DNA of 61,491 nucleotides, the filler included, from Candidatus Fermentibacterota bacterium (GTDB lineage Bacteria > JAFGKV01): the NCBI GenBank assembly GCA_016928395.1. It is 3 parts of 3 records of this genome, joined end to end, with 100 filler letters (N's around TTAATTAATTAA, not from the genome) between each part and the next. Parts side by side here need not be neighbours in the genome. Positions count along the whole stretch, not along the records: positions 1 to 28,602 come from JAFGKV010000209.1; 2 more parts are not named here. One strand, given 5' to 3'. The notes below the pieces were generated by a model, which saw nothing but the letters and a program-made list of their open reading frames with translations, was not told the DNA's origin and ran no database searches. Numbering within the stretch: the first letter of the stretch is position 1; every line of letters begins with the position of its first letter. Of the stretch, positions 10,069 through 19,588 are shown in pieces. The translations under genes and the position numbers were made by a program.

Positions 10069-11042
10069 TGATTCCGACTCAGGTGTTGGACTTCGAGAGA
10101 CCCCTATTCGAGCTTCGACGCAAGATCGAAGAGCTCCGGGGATCGGCCGAAGCCAGTGATGCGGTGACCCGAGAGGTCGACGCCCTGGGCCGACAGCTTC
10201 GCAAGTTGGAGAGGGAAGTGTTCCAGAACCTCACCCCGTGGCAGAAGGTGCTGCTGGCGCGCCATCCCCGCCGCCCTTATGCGCTGGACTATACGGCCTC
10301 CGTATTCTCTTCATTCACAGAACTCCATGGGGACCGTCTCTTTGGCGATGATCAGTCGGTCATCGCGGGGCTTGCCACGCTGGGACAGCGGCCGGTCGTA
10401 GTGGTCGGCCAACAGAAAGGCCGCTCCACCAATGACAAGATCGCTCGAAACTTCGGCATGTCCCACCCGGAAGGCTACCGCAAGGCCATGCGTATGATGG
10501 AACTGGCGGCGCGCTTTTCGAAGCCCCTCATCACCTTCGTTGATACGCCGGGCGCGTACCCCGGCGTGGGCGCAGAAGAGCGCGGCATCGCCGAGGCCAT
10601 CGCGCGCAATCTCAAGATCATGATGGGATTACCCGTTCCGGTGATCGTCGTTGTCATCGGGGAGGGTGGCTCCGGCGGAGCCTTGGGCATCGCCATCGGC
10701 AATGTCGTGCTCATGCTGGAGTACTCCATCTACTCGGTGATCAGTCCGGAAGGATGCGCCGGAATTCTCTTCAAGGACGACCTCAACAACCCGGCTCATG
10801 CGCCGGAGATGGCCAAGAACCTCGGGCTTACCGCTGACGATCTGCTGAGGCTGGGTGTCATCGATGAGATCGTTCCAGAACCGCCGGGAGGTGCTCACGC
10901 CGATCCCTCCGGTGCGGCCTCAGCCATCCGGGAGGCCATCGAGCGCCACCTGGCCGTCCTGGATGAGCTGGGCACCGGAGACCTCATCGCGCAACGGATG
11001 GACAAGTTCGCCCGGATGGGGGTTGTACACAGTGGCAAGTAG
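10065..11042 (+). CDS. accA: Acetyl-CoA carboxylase carboxyltransferase alpha
   Basis: LDFERP, ARHPRRP, ELHGDR, PEGYRKA, DTPGAYPG, GEGGSGGALG, YSVISPEGCA. Confidence 0.98.
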   Translation: MMIPTQVLDFERPLFELRRKIEELRGSAEASDAVTREVDALGRQLRKLEREVFQNLTPWQKVLLARHPRRPYALDYTASVFSSFTELHGDRLFGDDQSVIAGLATLGQRPVVVVGQQKGRSTNDKIARNFGMSHPEGYRKAMRMMELAARFSKPLITFVDTPGAYPGVGAEERGIAEAIARNLKIMMGLPVPVIVVVIGEGGSGGALGIAIGNVVLMLEYSIYSVISPEGCAGILFKDDLNNPAHAPEMAKNLGLTADDLLRLGVIDEIVPEPPGGAHADPSGAASAIREAIERHLAVLDELGTGDLIAQRMDKFARMGVVHSGK

Positions 11043-11673
11043 AAGGACGCAATCCGCCCAGTCTTCACCCCGTAGACCCTCCCGCAGGAGCGCATGGATG
11101 AAGACCGGGGAGACTCTGGTAACCTCGCTGATCCTGGCCTTGCTGGCGAAACAGTTCTTGATCCAGGCGTTTCGGATTCCTTCCGGTTCCATGGAGGACA
11201 CGCTGCTGGTGGGCGACTTCCTCTTCGTCAACAAGGTGCTGTACGGCCCCGAGATCCCGTTCACCAAGGCCCGGCTCCCCGGCCTCCGCCAGCCGCGCGC
11301 CGGCGACATCATCGTGTTTCGCCCACCCCATGTCGACAAGGATTTCATCAAGCGCTGCGTCGCGGTGGCGGGAGATACCATTGTCTACGCCAATAATGTG
11401 CTCTTCGTGAACGGCGAGCGCATCGATGAGCCGTATAAGCATCTCAAGACCAACCCCATGGGGCCCGCCGGGTATCATCGGGACTACCGCGGCGTGGTGC
11501 CACGTGGTCACATCTTCATGATGGGCGACAACCGCAACAACAGTTCCGACTCCCGCTTCTGGGGGCCGCTGCCCCTGAATCGCATCAAAGGCAAGGCACT
11601 GACCATCTACATGTCGGTGGATCTGGGAAAGTGGCGCGTGAGGTTCTCGCGGATCGGCAGCATCATTCGATAG
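11032..11673 (+). CDS. lepB: Signal peptidase I
   Basis: IPSGSMEDTLLVGD (Ser), DFIKRC (Lys), MGDNRNNSSDSRFWG; GTG start at 11032 inferred. Confidence 0.95.
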   Translation: MASRRTQSAQSSPRRPSRRSAWMKTGETLVTSLILALLAKQFLIQAFRIPSGSMEDTLLVGDFLFVNKVLYGPEIPFTKARLPGLRQPRAGDIIVFRPPHVDKDFIKRCVAVAGDTIVYANNVLFVNGERIDEPYKHLKTNPMGPAGYHRDYRGVVPRGHIFMMGDNRNNSSDSRFWGPLPLNRIKGKALTIYMSVDLGKWRVRFSRIGSIIR

Positions 11674-11762
11674 AGTGAGGCAATCCCTCCGGTTGAGCTT
11701 TCCCACGGGGCAAGCCGCGGGGTGTTTCGCCCAAGCACCGTCCGCTTCGCGGTCGCCTGGCG

Positions 11763-12043
11763 TGCCCGAACGAGTCGGGCAATGACGGGGGGAGGCGTGG
11801 AAGTCTCCATATGAACGAGCAGGGCAATGCCCGGGGCCGGAACGTGTGTGAGAAAGCATACCAAGCTCGTACTCGTATTCGTACGTGTCCGTGTACTCGG
11901 ATCCCCGGCTCGTCGACTACGACAACGACAACGATATCGTTACCGACGGCGACCCCGAGTACGTGTCAACCGGCGGCCCAGTCCAAGCTTGGCTGAGAAG
12001 CGACAACTGAGGACTGCGCAGCGCAGCGAAACCCTGAACCCTG
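11763..12043 (+). repeat. Copy of modular intergenic repeat element
   Basis: TGCCCGAACGAGTCGGGCAATGACGGGG shared with 48886 and 58389; GCTCGTCGACTACGACAACGACAACGAT shared with ~54766 and ~58536; ends with CCCTGAACCCTG. Confidence 0.75.
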
Positions 12044-12171
12044 TCCCGGGCGACTGCATACGCGCCACCCGTGAACGGGCTTGCCCTTCCGTTGTCGATA
12101 CTGCATGTTGTCCGAATATGCGTCCGTTCCGCGGTGGAACGCGACCCAATGGCCCATTCACGGAGGGTTCT

Positions 12172-13035
12172 GTGACGCGACTATTGACTGTCCTCGCCAT
12201 GCTCCTGCTGGTGCTTCCCGCGTGTTCCGGCAAGAGTGAGACACCGGACACGGTGGTAATGAACATCGCCAAATCACTGGACGCGGGGCATCCCGAAGCG
12301 ATATGGGATGCGCTTCCCGCAAGCTATCAGGCCGACATTGACAGTGTCCGGATCCTGTTCTCGGCCCGGATGGACAAGGATCTCTATGACAAGGGGTTTA
12401 AGGTATTCGGCAAGCTAGTCAATGTGTTCAAGACCAAAGGCGACTTCATCAAGGGAACGCCCATGGCCCAGGCCATACCCCAGAGTCAGACCGACCCGGC
12501 GACCTGGGATACCATGGTTGCAGGCATGCAGACCTTTGCCACCAGTGAGCTCTCAACACTGGATGGCCTGAAGAAGCTCAACATCCGGCAGTTCCTCAGC
12601 ACCTCGGGATCCGATATCTCCAAGCAGGCCGTGGCGCTGTCGCGGATGGGACCGGGTGAAGGCGCAAAGATCGAGCGCCTGTCGGATATCCAGGTTACAG
12701 TGGTCAAGCAAGAGAAGGACCGCGCTACGCTGTCCATCAAGGCGGGTGATCAGACTGAGGAGCAGGATTGGGTCGTGGTCGAGGACAAATGGGTCCCTGA
12801 GGATCTGGCCACGGGATGGAAAGTGGATGAACTGAAGGATCAAATCCGAGCCATGGTCATCACACCTGAACAGAAGACCCAGGTGCTCATGATCATGGGC
12901 ATGGCGGACGGCGCCTTAGACCAACTTCAGAATGCGGCAACCCAGGAGGAGTTCAACCAGGCGTTGCAGGGAATCATGGGTCCCTTGATGGGCGGCATGA
13001 TGGGCGGCGGCATGATGCAAGAGGACTTCGAGTAG
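12172..13035 (+). CDS. Hypothetical lipoprotein
   Basis: GGAGG RBS, GTG start, lipobox LLLVLPA-C; mainly helical; Met/Gly-rich tail. Confidence 0.75.
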   Translation: MTRLLTVLAMLLLVLPACSGKSETPDTVVMNIAKSLDAGHPEAIWDALPASYQADIDSVRILFSARMDKDLYDKGFKVFGKLVNVFKTKGDFIKGTPMAQAIPQSQTDPATWDTMVAGMQTFATSELSTLDGLKKLNIRQFLSTSGSDISKQAVALSRMGPGEGAKIERLSDIQVTVVKQEKDRATLSIKAGDQTEEQDWVVVEDKWVPEDLATGWKVDELKDQIRAMVITPEQKTQVLMIMGMADGALDQLQNAATQEEFNQALQGIMGPLMGGMMGGGMMQEDFE

Positions 13036-13050
13036 ACCACGAGACGTGCC

Positions 13051-13081
13051 GCGGACCGGCGGGCCACGCCCGCCGGTCCGC
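13051..13081 (+). terminator. GC-rich 14-bp stem hairpin (possible terminator or REP-like palindrome)
   Basis: GCGGACCGGCGGGC-CAC-GCCCGCCGGTCCGC 16 nt after stop; no U tract. Confidence 0.45.
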
Positions 13082-13217
13082 ACTCCATGACAGGGTGTCC
13101 ATCTGAGGATGTCCGTGACACTGGGAACGATGCCGTGATCTCTGAGAAATCGTACGGCCATCGGCCCTGTTCCGCCGACCTGGGGTGTCCTTCGGGCCGG
13201 CAACGCTAGGTAGGTTC

Positions 13218-13895
13218 ATGCGCCGAACTGTGCCGCTCATGATCACCTTCATCGTTGGGCTCACCTTGATTCTGGCGGTCTTCATCCCACCCGAGCCCTT
13301 CGATACGATGAACCGCGAGTTCAGTGTCTACTTCGACATCATCGCCGTGTTCGCTTTTGTGCTGGGCGGCGGCAACCTGCTGCGTCTTCATGGCGATCGC
13401 GTCTATCGTCGCGGCAAGGACTGGAAGTTCAGTATCGTCACGTTGGCGGGTTTCGCGGTGACACTGGTGGTGGGCTTGGGCAAGATCGGCGGGCCTCCCG
13501 GTGTCCGGGGCGATCTGATGGCGCCTGGAACATGGTTCAGGTTCGTGTTTAATGCGGTCTTGACCCCACTTTCGGCCACCATGTTTGCCCTCCTGGCCTT
13601 CTACGTGGCCTCTGCATCGTTCCGCGCCTTCCGCGCCAAGACCCCCGAGGCCACGATTCTGCTCGTATCGGGTTTCATTATCCTCCTTGGGCGCACCTTC
13701 CTGGGGGGAATCCTCACCGGTTGGCTGCCGGATTCGCTGAGCTTCCTCACGATCCCGAATCTGGCCGACTGGATCATGGCCTGGCCCAATACCGCCGGCC
13801 AGAGAGCCATAGTCATCGGCATCGCTCTGGGTGTGACCGCCACCAGCCTCCGCCTCATCCTGGGCATCGAGCGGGGCTATTTAGGCTCGGACTAG
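13218..13895 (+). CDS. Uncharacterised multi-pass membrane protein (cassette gene 1)
   Basis: About 6 hydrophobic segments; ATMFALLAFYVASASFRAFRAK, LRLILGIERGYL. Confidence 0.8.
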   Translation: MRRTVPLMITFIVGLTLILAVFIPPEPFDTMNREFSVYFDIIAVFAFVLGGGNLLRLHGDRVYRRGKDWKFSIVTLAGFAVTLVVGLGKIGGPPGVRGDLMAPGTWFRFVFNAVLTPLSATMFALLAFYVASASFRAFRAKTPEATILLVSGFIILLGRTFLGGILTGWLPDSLSFLTIPNLADWIMAWPNTAGQRAIVIGIALGVTATSLRLILGIERGYLGSD

Positions 13896-13903
13896 AGGCG
13901 GCC

Positions 13904-14758
13904 ATGCGGCTCCTCGCCTTCTTCAAGACCCTGGATCGGCGGTTCATCTTCCTGTTCGTCGGGCTCGCCGTGATCTTCCCATTCTTGCTGGACCTCGACC
14001 TCCCGGAGTACCCTACCGTCATGGTAAAGGCCATCTACAACACGGTGGAGGGTCTTCAGCCTGGATCATTGGTGCTCATGCCCTTTGACTATGATCCATC
14101 CACGGCGCCCGAGCTTGACCCCATGGCGGCTGCCGTCGTGAGGCACTGCCTCAGCCGCGACCTTCGCGTCTGCTTCATGGCGCTGTGGCCCGAAGGTCAG
14201 GGGATGGTGAGCAACCTGATTTCGGGAACGGTCCAACCCGAGTTCCCCGACAAGGTATATGGTCGCGACTATGTGAATCTCGGCTACAAGGCCGGCGGAC
14301 AAGGCCTGATCAACGCGGTGCTGCTGAATATGCGATCCATGTTTACCACCGACGCCGCTGGCGTGCCGGTGGACAGCCTCCCCATCATGATCGGCGTCAC
14401 CAACCTCAAGGATTTTAAGTTCATCATGAACTTCTCGGCAGGAAGACCCGGCAGCAAGGAGTGGATTCAGTTCGCCGGCGATCCTGGCCGGATCCCCGTG
14501 GCCTCGGGATCCACCGCCGTGCAGGCGCCACTGCTGTACCCCTACTATCCCTCGCAGATGGTGGGTTTGATGGGAGGCCTGAAGGGTGCAGCGGAATACG
14601 AGGCAGCTTTGCTGGCCGGATACCCCCGCTTCAAGGACAGCCGGCGCGTGGCCACCGAGCTGATGGTCCCCCAGGCCATGGCGCACTTCGTCATCATGCT
14701 GTTCATCGTCCTGGGAAACATCATCTACTTCGCCGAGCGAAGGGCGGGGAAGCGATGA
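13904..14758 (+). CDS. Uncharacterised membrane protein with large soluble alpha/beta domain (cassette gene 2)
   Basis: N- and C-terminal TM helices flank FDYDP..PEL.PMA, YVNLGYKAG, GLMGGLKGAAEYE; GAGG RBS. Confidence 0.8.
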   Translation: MRLLAFFKTLDRRFIFLFVGLAVIFPFLLDLDLPEYPTVMVKAIYNTVEGLQPGSLVLMPFDYDPSTAPELDPMAAAVVRHCLSRDLRVCFMALWPEGQGMVSNLISGTVQPEFPDKVYGRDYVNLGYKAGGQGLINAVLLNMRSMFTTDAAGVPVDSLPIMIGVTNLKDFKFIMNFSAGRPGSKEWIQFAGDPGRIPVASGSTAVQAPLLYPYYPSQMVGLMGGLKGAAEYEAALLAGYPRFKDSRRVATELMVPQAMAHFVIMLFIVLGNIIYFAERRAGKR

Positions 14759-15438
14759 ATCTGAGCCCTGCTGAGCTGTGGATCGGCGGAATCCTGACCC
14801 TCATGATTTTCAGCTTCCTCTATCGCGACAATCCCTTCTACAAGTTCGCCGAACACCTGTTCGTCGGTGTGTCTGCGGCGTACTGGATGGTCCAGGGGGT
14901 CTGGGGTACGCTCATGCCCAATCTGGTGGCCAAGGTGGCCCCGGGAATGGTGCAGTCATTCATGCCGGAGGCCGCGGGCAAAAACCCCGAGTGGCACTAC
15001 CTTATCGCGGCGTTGTTCGGCGTACTGCTGTTGACCCGCCTCGTTCCTTCCATCGGGTGGTTGTCGCGGTGGTCGCTGGCTTTTGTGGTAGGGTACTCCG
15101 CCGGCACCAACTTCATCCGATACCTTCAGAGCGACTTTATCGCCCAGATCAGAAGCACGATGATCCCTCTTGTCGTCCAGGGGCAGGGCGGCCTTGACCT
15201 GGGCGCCAGTTTCTCCCATCTCGTGCTCATCGTCGGCGTGTTCTGCGGCCTTGTGTATTTCTTCTTTTCCAAGGAACACCACGGCGCCCTGGGCCGCGTG
15301 TCGCGCATCGGGGTGTGGACCCTCATGGTCACGTTCGGCGCCTCCTTCGGCTATACGGTAATGGCTCGCATTTCGCTCCTCCTGGGGAGGTTGCAGGCGC
15401 TCATCATCTGGCTGCGGCTCGTGAGTGGTGGTTCGTGA
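14755..15438 (+). CDS. Uncharacterised multi-pass membrane protein (cassette gene 3)
   Basis: ATGA overlap with gene 2; FSFLYRDNPFYKFAEHLFVG, YFFFSKEH, FGASFGYTVMARISLLLGR. Confidence 0.8.
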   Translation: MNLSPAELWIGGILTLMIFSFLYRDNPFYKFAEHLFVGVSAAYWMVQGVWGTLMPNLVAKVAPGMVQSFMPEAAGKNPEWHYLIAALFGVLLLTRLVPSIGWLSRWSLAFVVGYSAGTNFIRYLQSDFIAQIRSTMIPLVVQGQGGLDLGASFSHLVLIVGVFCGLVYFFFSKEHHGALGRVSRIGVWTLMVTFGASFGYTVMARISLLLGRLQALIIWLRLVSGGS

Positions 15439-15668
15439 GAATGACCTCTCGTGCGCAGGGGGCCAGCCATTCGAAGAACGGACGGATGGAGGGCGGGATG
15501 AATGGAACGATGGAGAGGAGAGAAGCGAAGGTATGGAGGCAAAAACCCCGTCCAGCCCGTCGGGTCATCCATGTCCCGCTCATGCAACCCTGGGAGAGGG
15601 TGAGGAGTGGGTCGGCGGCACCGAAAACGGCACACCGTGAGCAGTAGACCGCACACCGTGAGATCCTC

Positions 15669-16475
15669 GTGAAGACTCCCTCCTATGAGCCACGCCCTAC
15701 GGTAGGCATCGCATCCACGGCGTGGCTGGTGGCGCGCCATACTCCCTTGATGTCCAACCGCAAGGCCATGCTTCCCAGCCTTCTGGTAGCGGTGGCCCCG
15801 ATGGTCATTGCCGCGATCATCGCTCTTCACGGGTCGGCGCCACCGGGGAAAGATGTATTCCTGGGCCTGGTCCACGGGTATTTCGTGCAATTCGCAGTGG
15901 GTGTGCTCATGCTGGGGATTGGTTTGTCCGGGTTCCCGGTCGACGAGGCCCAGGGCACAGTGTCGTACCTCTTCACAAAGCCGATCTCCCGCCTCGGCAT
16001 CCTGCTGGGCAGGTTCCTCTCGGCGGCGGCGGTGGGAGGACTCCTCACCGTCCTCAGTTGTTCAGCCTCGGGCCTGATGGTCGGCGCGCCTTTGGCACTC
16101 ATCGTGAAAACGTGGCCGGCTCTGGTCGCCGCATCCGTGTACTACGGTGTGCTCTTCACCGTCTTGCCCCTCGTGACCACCAAGGCAGCCGCCGTGGGCT
16201 TGGTCTATGTACTGGTATGGGAGTCGGTCATGTCGGTAATTCCCGGCGCTATCCACACCCTTACCGCCACATACTATGTGCGGGCGTTGCTCCCTCGAGC
16301 TGCATTGTTGGACGTAACGCCCGTTGCCTTCCTGTCATTCCTCTCCTCGCCACCCTCGACCTTCAACGCCATTGCCCGGCTCACCGTCACTTGCGCAGTG
16401 GTTGCTATCGCAGGTGCGGCGCTGCTGAACAAGCGGGAATACTCTGCCTCCCGCAGCGCCGACGAGGGAGCCTGA
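15669..16475 (+). CDS. ABC-2 type transporter permease
   Basis: DEAQGTVSYLFTKPISRLGILLGRF motif; ~6 TM segments. Confidence 0.8.
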   Translation: MKTPSYEPRPTVGIASTAWLVARHTPLMSNRKAMLPSLLVAVAPMVIAAIIALHGSAPPGKDVFLGLVHGYFVQFAVGVLMLGIGLSGFPVDEAQGTVSYLFTKPISRLGILLGRFLSAAAVGGLLTVLSCSASGLMVGAPLALIVKTWPALVAASVYYGVLFTVLPLVTTKAAAVGLVYVLVWESVMSVIPGAIHTLTATYYVRALLPRAALLDVTPVAFLSFLSSPPSTFNAIARLTVTCAVVAIAGAALLNKREYSASRSADEGA

Positions 16476-16492
16476 GCTTTCATCCCCCACCG

Positions 16493-17230
16493 GTGAACGC
16501 GGACCGTTGCTCTCTGCGCGCGGTAGTGGAGTATGACGGTACGGGCTACAGGGGATTTCAGCGACTCCCGAGGCTCCCCACGGTGCAGGGGGCCTTGGAG
16601 GCCGCGCTGGAGAAAGTCGTGGGGCCGACGCCCGTTGTAGGTGCGGGCCGAACTGACGCCGGCGTGCATGCCCATGGCCAGGTCATCTCGTTCGCTGCCT
16701 CCTGGCGGCGAGGACTCGAAGAACTGCAGCGCGCCCTCAATGCCCTTCTTCCCCCGGATATTGCCGTGCACGATCTCTGCTGGGCCGATTCCGGCTTCCA
16801 CGCCCGTCACAGTGCCGTGGCTCGATGGTATCGCTATACCATACTCAACCGGGCACAGCGGTCTCCGCTGCTGGGCAGGTTCGCCTATCACGTCCCCCGT
16901 TCTCTGGATCTTTCCTCGTGTGATGCCCTCTGCACTGTGGTTATGGGCACCCACGACTTCGCTGCCTTCGCCTCCAGGCATGCCGGACGAACGGTACGGA
17001 CTGTCCATCATGCCGCCTGCACGCAGCATGGCGACGTGGTAGAGATAGATGTCGTGATCTCAGGTGCGTTCGCGCATCTCGTACGCCGTCTGGTCGGAAC
17101 GCTCATCAGGGTCGGCCAGGGATCGCTGACGCCGAAGACAGCCATGGCGATTGTGGCTTCCCGCGACAGGAGAATGGCCCCCCCTATCGCCCCTGCCCAC
17201 GGTCTCTGCCTCATGGAGGTCTTCTACTGA
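16493..17230 (+). CDS. truA: tRNA pseudouridine(38-40) synthase
   Basis: VEYDGTGYRGFQ, TVQGALE, GAGRTDAGVHA, FHARHSA, HDFAAF, APAHGLCL; start inferred. Confidence 0.95.
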   Translation: MNADRCSLRAVVEYDGTGYRGFQRLPRLPTVQGALEAALEKVVGPTPVVGAGRTDAGVHAHGQVISFAASWRRGLEELQRALNALLPPDIAVHDLCWADSGFHARHSAVARWYRYTILNRAQRSPLLGRFAYHVPRSLDLSSCDALCTVVMGTHDFAAFASRHAGRTVRTVHHAACTQHGDVVEIDVVISGAFAHLVRRLVGTLIRVGQGSLTPKTAMAIVASRDRRMAPPIAPAHGLCLMEVFY

Positions 17231-17273
17231 TGGGCCGCGGCATCGGCTGGCGGCAGGGTGGTTTGGCATTCGA

Positions 17274-18365
17274 ATGAGACGCATCCTGGCCACGGTGATC
17301 CTCACCTTGACAAGCCTCGTTCTCGCTTTGTGCATGGCCGAGGGAGTAGCCCGTGTCATGCATAGCCGTACGCGAGCTGCCCAGTACGGATGCAACCGGC
17401 TCCCCGACGGCACCCCTCTGGCTGAAAGGGCATGGGCCTCGCGGTTTCTGGTGCCCTGGCCGCTGCCCGGCGTCCGTCATGGCTTCGCACCCATGGCCCG
17501 CTGGAAATTCTGCTATCCCGCAGGAAGGCAGCCCTACCTCGACTCGGGTGGGTGTGTGTCCTATGCCACAGGCCCCCATGGCTACAGGGGGCCGGAGGGG
17601 CTATGGCACAAGCCAGAGGGAAGATGCCGAATACTCATCATCGGAGACTCGGTCTCATTCGGCATCGGCGTACCGACGGACAGCCTCTACTCTCGGCATC
17701 TGGAACGCCGACTTCGGCGCAACAGACCGAATCTGGACGTGGTGAACATGGGCGTCATCGGGTACCTGGCGTCCGAAGGTGTGGTGGTCCTGGTGCAGCA
17801 GGGCCTGCGACGAAGCCCGGATCTGGTGGTGTGGCAGCTCCACATCAACGACCTCATCGCCATGGAAGGCTGGGGCCCCCAGCCAATGCGCCTGGGTCTC
17901 CCCGATTCGTGGCGGAAGAGCCTCCGGCTGATTTGGCTCATTGAGCACCGGCTGGCCCTCACCCGACACACCCGCGAGATGAATGGAAAATACGGGGAAA
18001 AGGCCGATCCGGTGATAACGGATCAACGCACCGAGGATTTCGTGCGAGCAGCCAACTGGGCAGGGAAGGTCTTGTTCAATAACGCCCTGTCCTGCGTCGC
18101 CGTGTTGTACCCCTATCCGGATTTTCTGGGCGGCAGATACCCCTTCATGGGCCTTCACCGCATCTTCGAGACCGAATGCCGCAAAGCCGGCATCATCCCT
18201 GTGGATCTGCTCCCCCACCTGCGGCGGCTCTCTCAGGATAAACTCTGGGTCGACGCCAGCGACAATCACCCCAGCGCCCAGGGACACCGTATCATGGCCG
18301 ATGTCCTGTATCAGGTGATCGCCGACCATTTCGGACCTGGGCTGGAACGACTCCAGCCCAGGTAA
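17274..18365 (+). CDS. Membrane-anchored SGNH/GDSL hydrolase
   Basis: IIGDSVSFG, NMGVIGY, HINDL, DNHPSAQGH blocks; N-terminal TM. Confidence 0.85.
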   Translation: MRRILATVILTLTSLVLALCMAEGVARVMHSRTRAAQYGCNRLPDGTPLAERAWASRFLVPWPLPGVRHGFAPMARWKFCYPAGRQPYLDSGGCVSYATGPHGYRGPEGLWHKPEGRCRILIIGDSVSFGIGVPTDSLYSRHLERRLRRNRPNLDVVNMGVIGYLASEGVVVLVQQGLRRSPDLVVWQLHINDLIAMEGWGPQPMRLGLPDSWRKSLRLIWLIEHRLALTRHTREMNGKYGEKADPVITDQRTEDFVRAANWAGKVLFNNALSCVAVLYPYPDFLGGRYPFMGLHRIFETECRKAGIIPVDLLPHLRRLSQDKLWVDASDNHPSAQGHRIMADVLYQVIADHFGPGLERLQPR

Positions 18366-18385
18366 CCTTTCACGTCACGGCCGGA

Positions 18386-19000
18386 TCAGAAGCTGCCGAA
18401 CTTGAACGTGATACTCGATCCGAATCCCGAGAGATCCTTGTTGCCAAGCCCTTGGAGATCCACGTCGGAGACGAACCGGTAGCTGGCGCCCAAGGAGATC
18501 CTGAACGGCTTGGCGACATTCAGTTCCGCATTCAGACCAGGTTCGGTAATGAAGAACCCATCACTGGCAAAAGCCTCGGGGTCTTCGTGGTCCCAACCGC
18601 AGGGCGTGTTCTCAAGGTAGGCAGCCCCGCCTCCTCCGATGAGCGTCTGCAGTGTCACATGCAGGAGCCGGTGAGGTCGCGCCGTGTATTCGAACTCGAG
18701 ACCCAGATACCCCATCTCGAGCCGGTACTCCTCACCGGGCGTTCCCCCGATCTCAACTCCATCGAGCTTCACATTCTGGCTCGCCATGCCGTAGATGCCT
18801 GCGCCGACCACCAATCCGTGATCAATGATCCAGCCACCACGAGCACCGGCAATGACACCAAACTGGTCGGCGATTCGAGTCAACTTGACTACCGGGCCAC
18901 CGAATCCGCCATGGTCGATATCATGGTCATAGAGAGTCTCTGGAGTGAATCCTCCGGGATTCGCGACGACGATGCACAAGGGTACCATGAACCACCACAT
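18386..19000 (-). CDS. Small outer-membrane beta-barrel protein
   Basis: AGGAGG RBS; HGGFGGP, amphipathic strands, ends ITFKFGSF. Confidence 0.75.
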   Translation of the reverse strand: MWWFMVPLCIVVANPGGFTPETLYDHDIDHGGFGGPVVKLTRIADQFGVIAGARGGWIIDHGLVVGAGIYGMASQNVKLDGVEIGGTPGEEYRLEMGYLGLEFEYTARPHRLLHVTLQTLIGGGGAAYLENTPCGWDHEDPEAFASDGFFITEPGLNAELNVAKPFRISLGASYRFVSDVDLQGLGNKDLSGFGSSITFKFGSF

Positions 19001-19386
19001 GTTTCCTCCTTGAGGATGTGCGAAGTTGTCCGCTGCCGCGGGCTCCACCGGCCAACCATGTCCGGCGGCATCACCAAGAGCAACACCGTAGCGACGAGAT
19101 CCTGTCACCGTGATCTACGAATGACAAAGCATCTCTCGCAGCGACACAGAGATAGATGGGAATGGAATGGGAACAAGCATCGCGGAGCGTGCGGTGCAAT
19201 CGCATCTGGCTCGTGGTCCGGGACTTCTGGGAGAGGTGTGTGCGGCGATCATCGCGGTCTGGTGACGTCGAATGACGTTGTGTCTGTGTCAGATACGAGA
19301 AACAGAGCCATCGGCGACGGCGGCGGTGGACCCTCGCCTCCCTCGCGGTGTACTGTGTTCTGTCTGTGTTACTACTCAAGTCGTCA

Positions 19387-19545
19387 GGAGTCAGAATGGG
19401 AGATCCGGCGACGACATTCTCTTGCCCAGGATCTCGACTGCGGCGATGTTTCCGAGTTGAAGACGGTGTTGGTGGAGGTCAGCACACTGCTGGAGGCGTA
19501 TTCACAGGCCATTCAGAATTCTGACTCCAGAATTCTGAATACCTG
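19387..19545 (+). pseudogene. Remnant of a four-helix-bundle (23S rRNA IVP-like) gene within inverted repeat arms
   Basis: Frame from 19421 reads LAQDLDCGDVSELKTVLVEVSTLLEAYSQAIQNSDS, resembling the family C-terminus; 11-bp IR GGAGTCAGAAT (19387-19397) / ATTCTGACTCC (19518-19528); no start or N-terminal part. Confidence 0.6.
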
Positions 19546-19588
19546 CGTAGTCACCTGTCTGTGAAGTATTCTCTCCGGGAGTCACCCA

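Noticed and set aside
11702-11722. IS200/IS605-like end hairpin CCCACGGGGCAAGCCGCGGGG
   Set aside because: Short and imperfect, with no tnpA/tnpB or partner end; cannot call an IS.
15722-16492. Apparent long N-terminal extensions of TruA, LepB, PurA and cassette genes in the ORF track
   Set aside because: Out-of-frame overlaps with upstream genes in GC-rich DNA; downstream starts with RBS or stop overlap fit better.
18452-19564. 370-aa plus-strand ORF
   Set aside because: Mostly the antisense shadow of the beta-barrel gene; only its last ~45 codons look meaningful (four-helix-bundle remnant).
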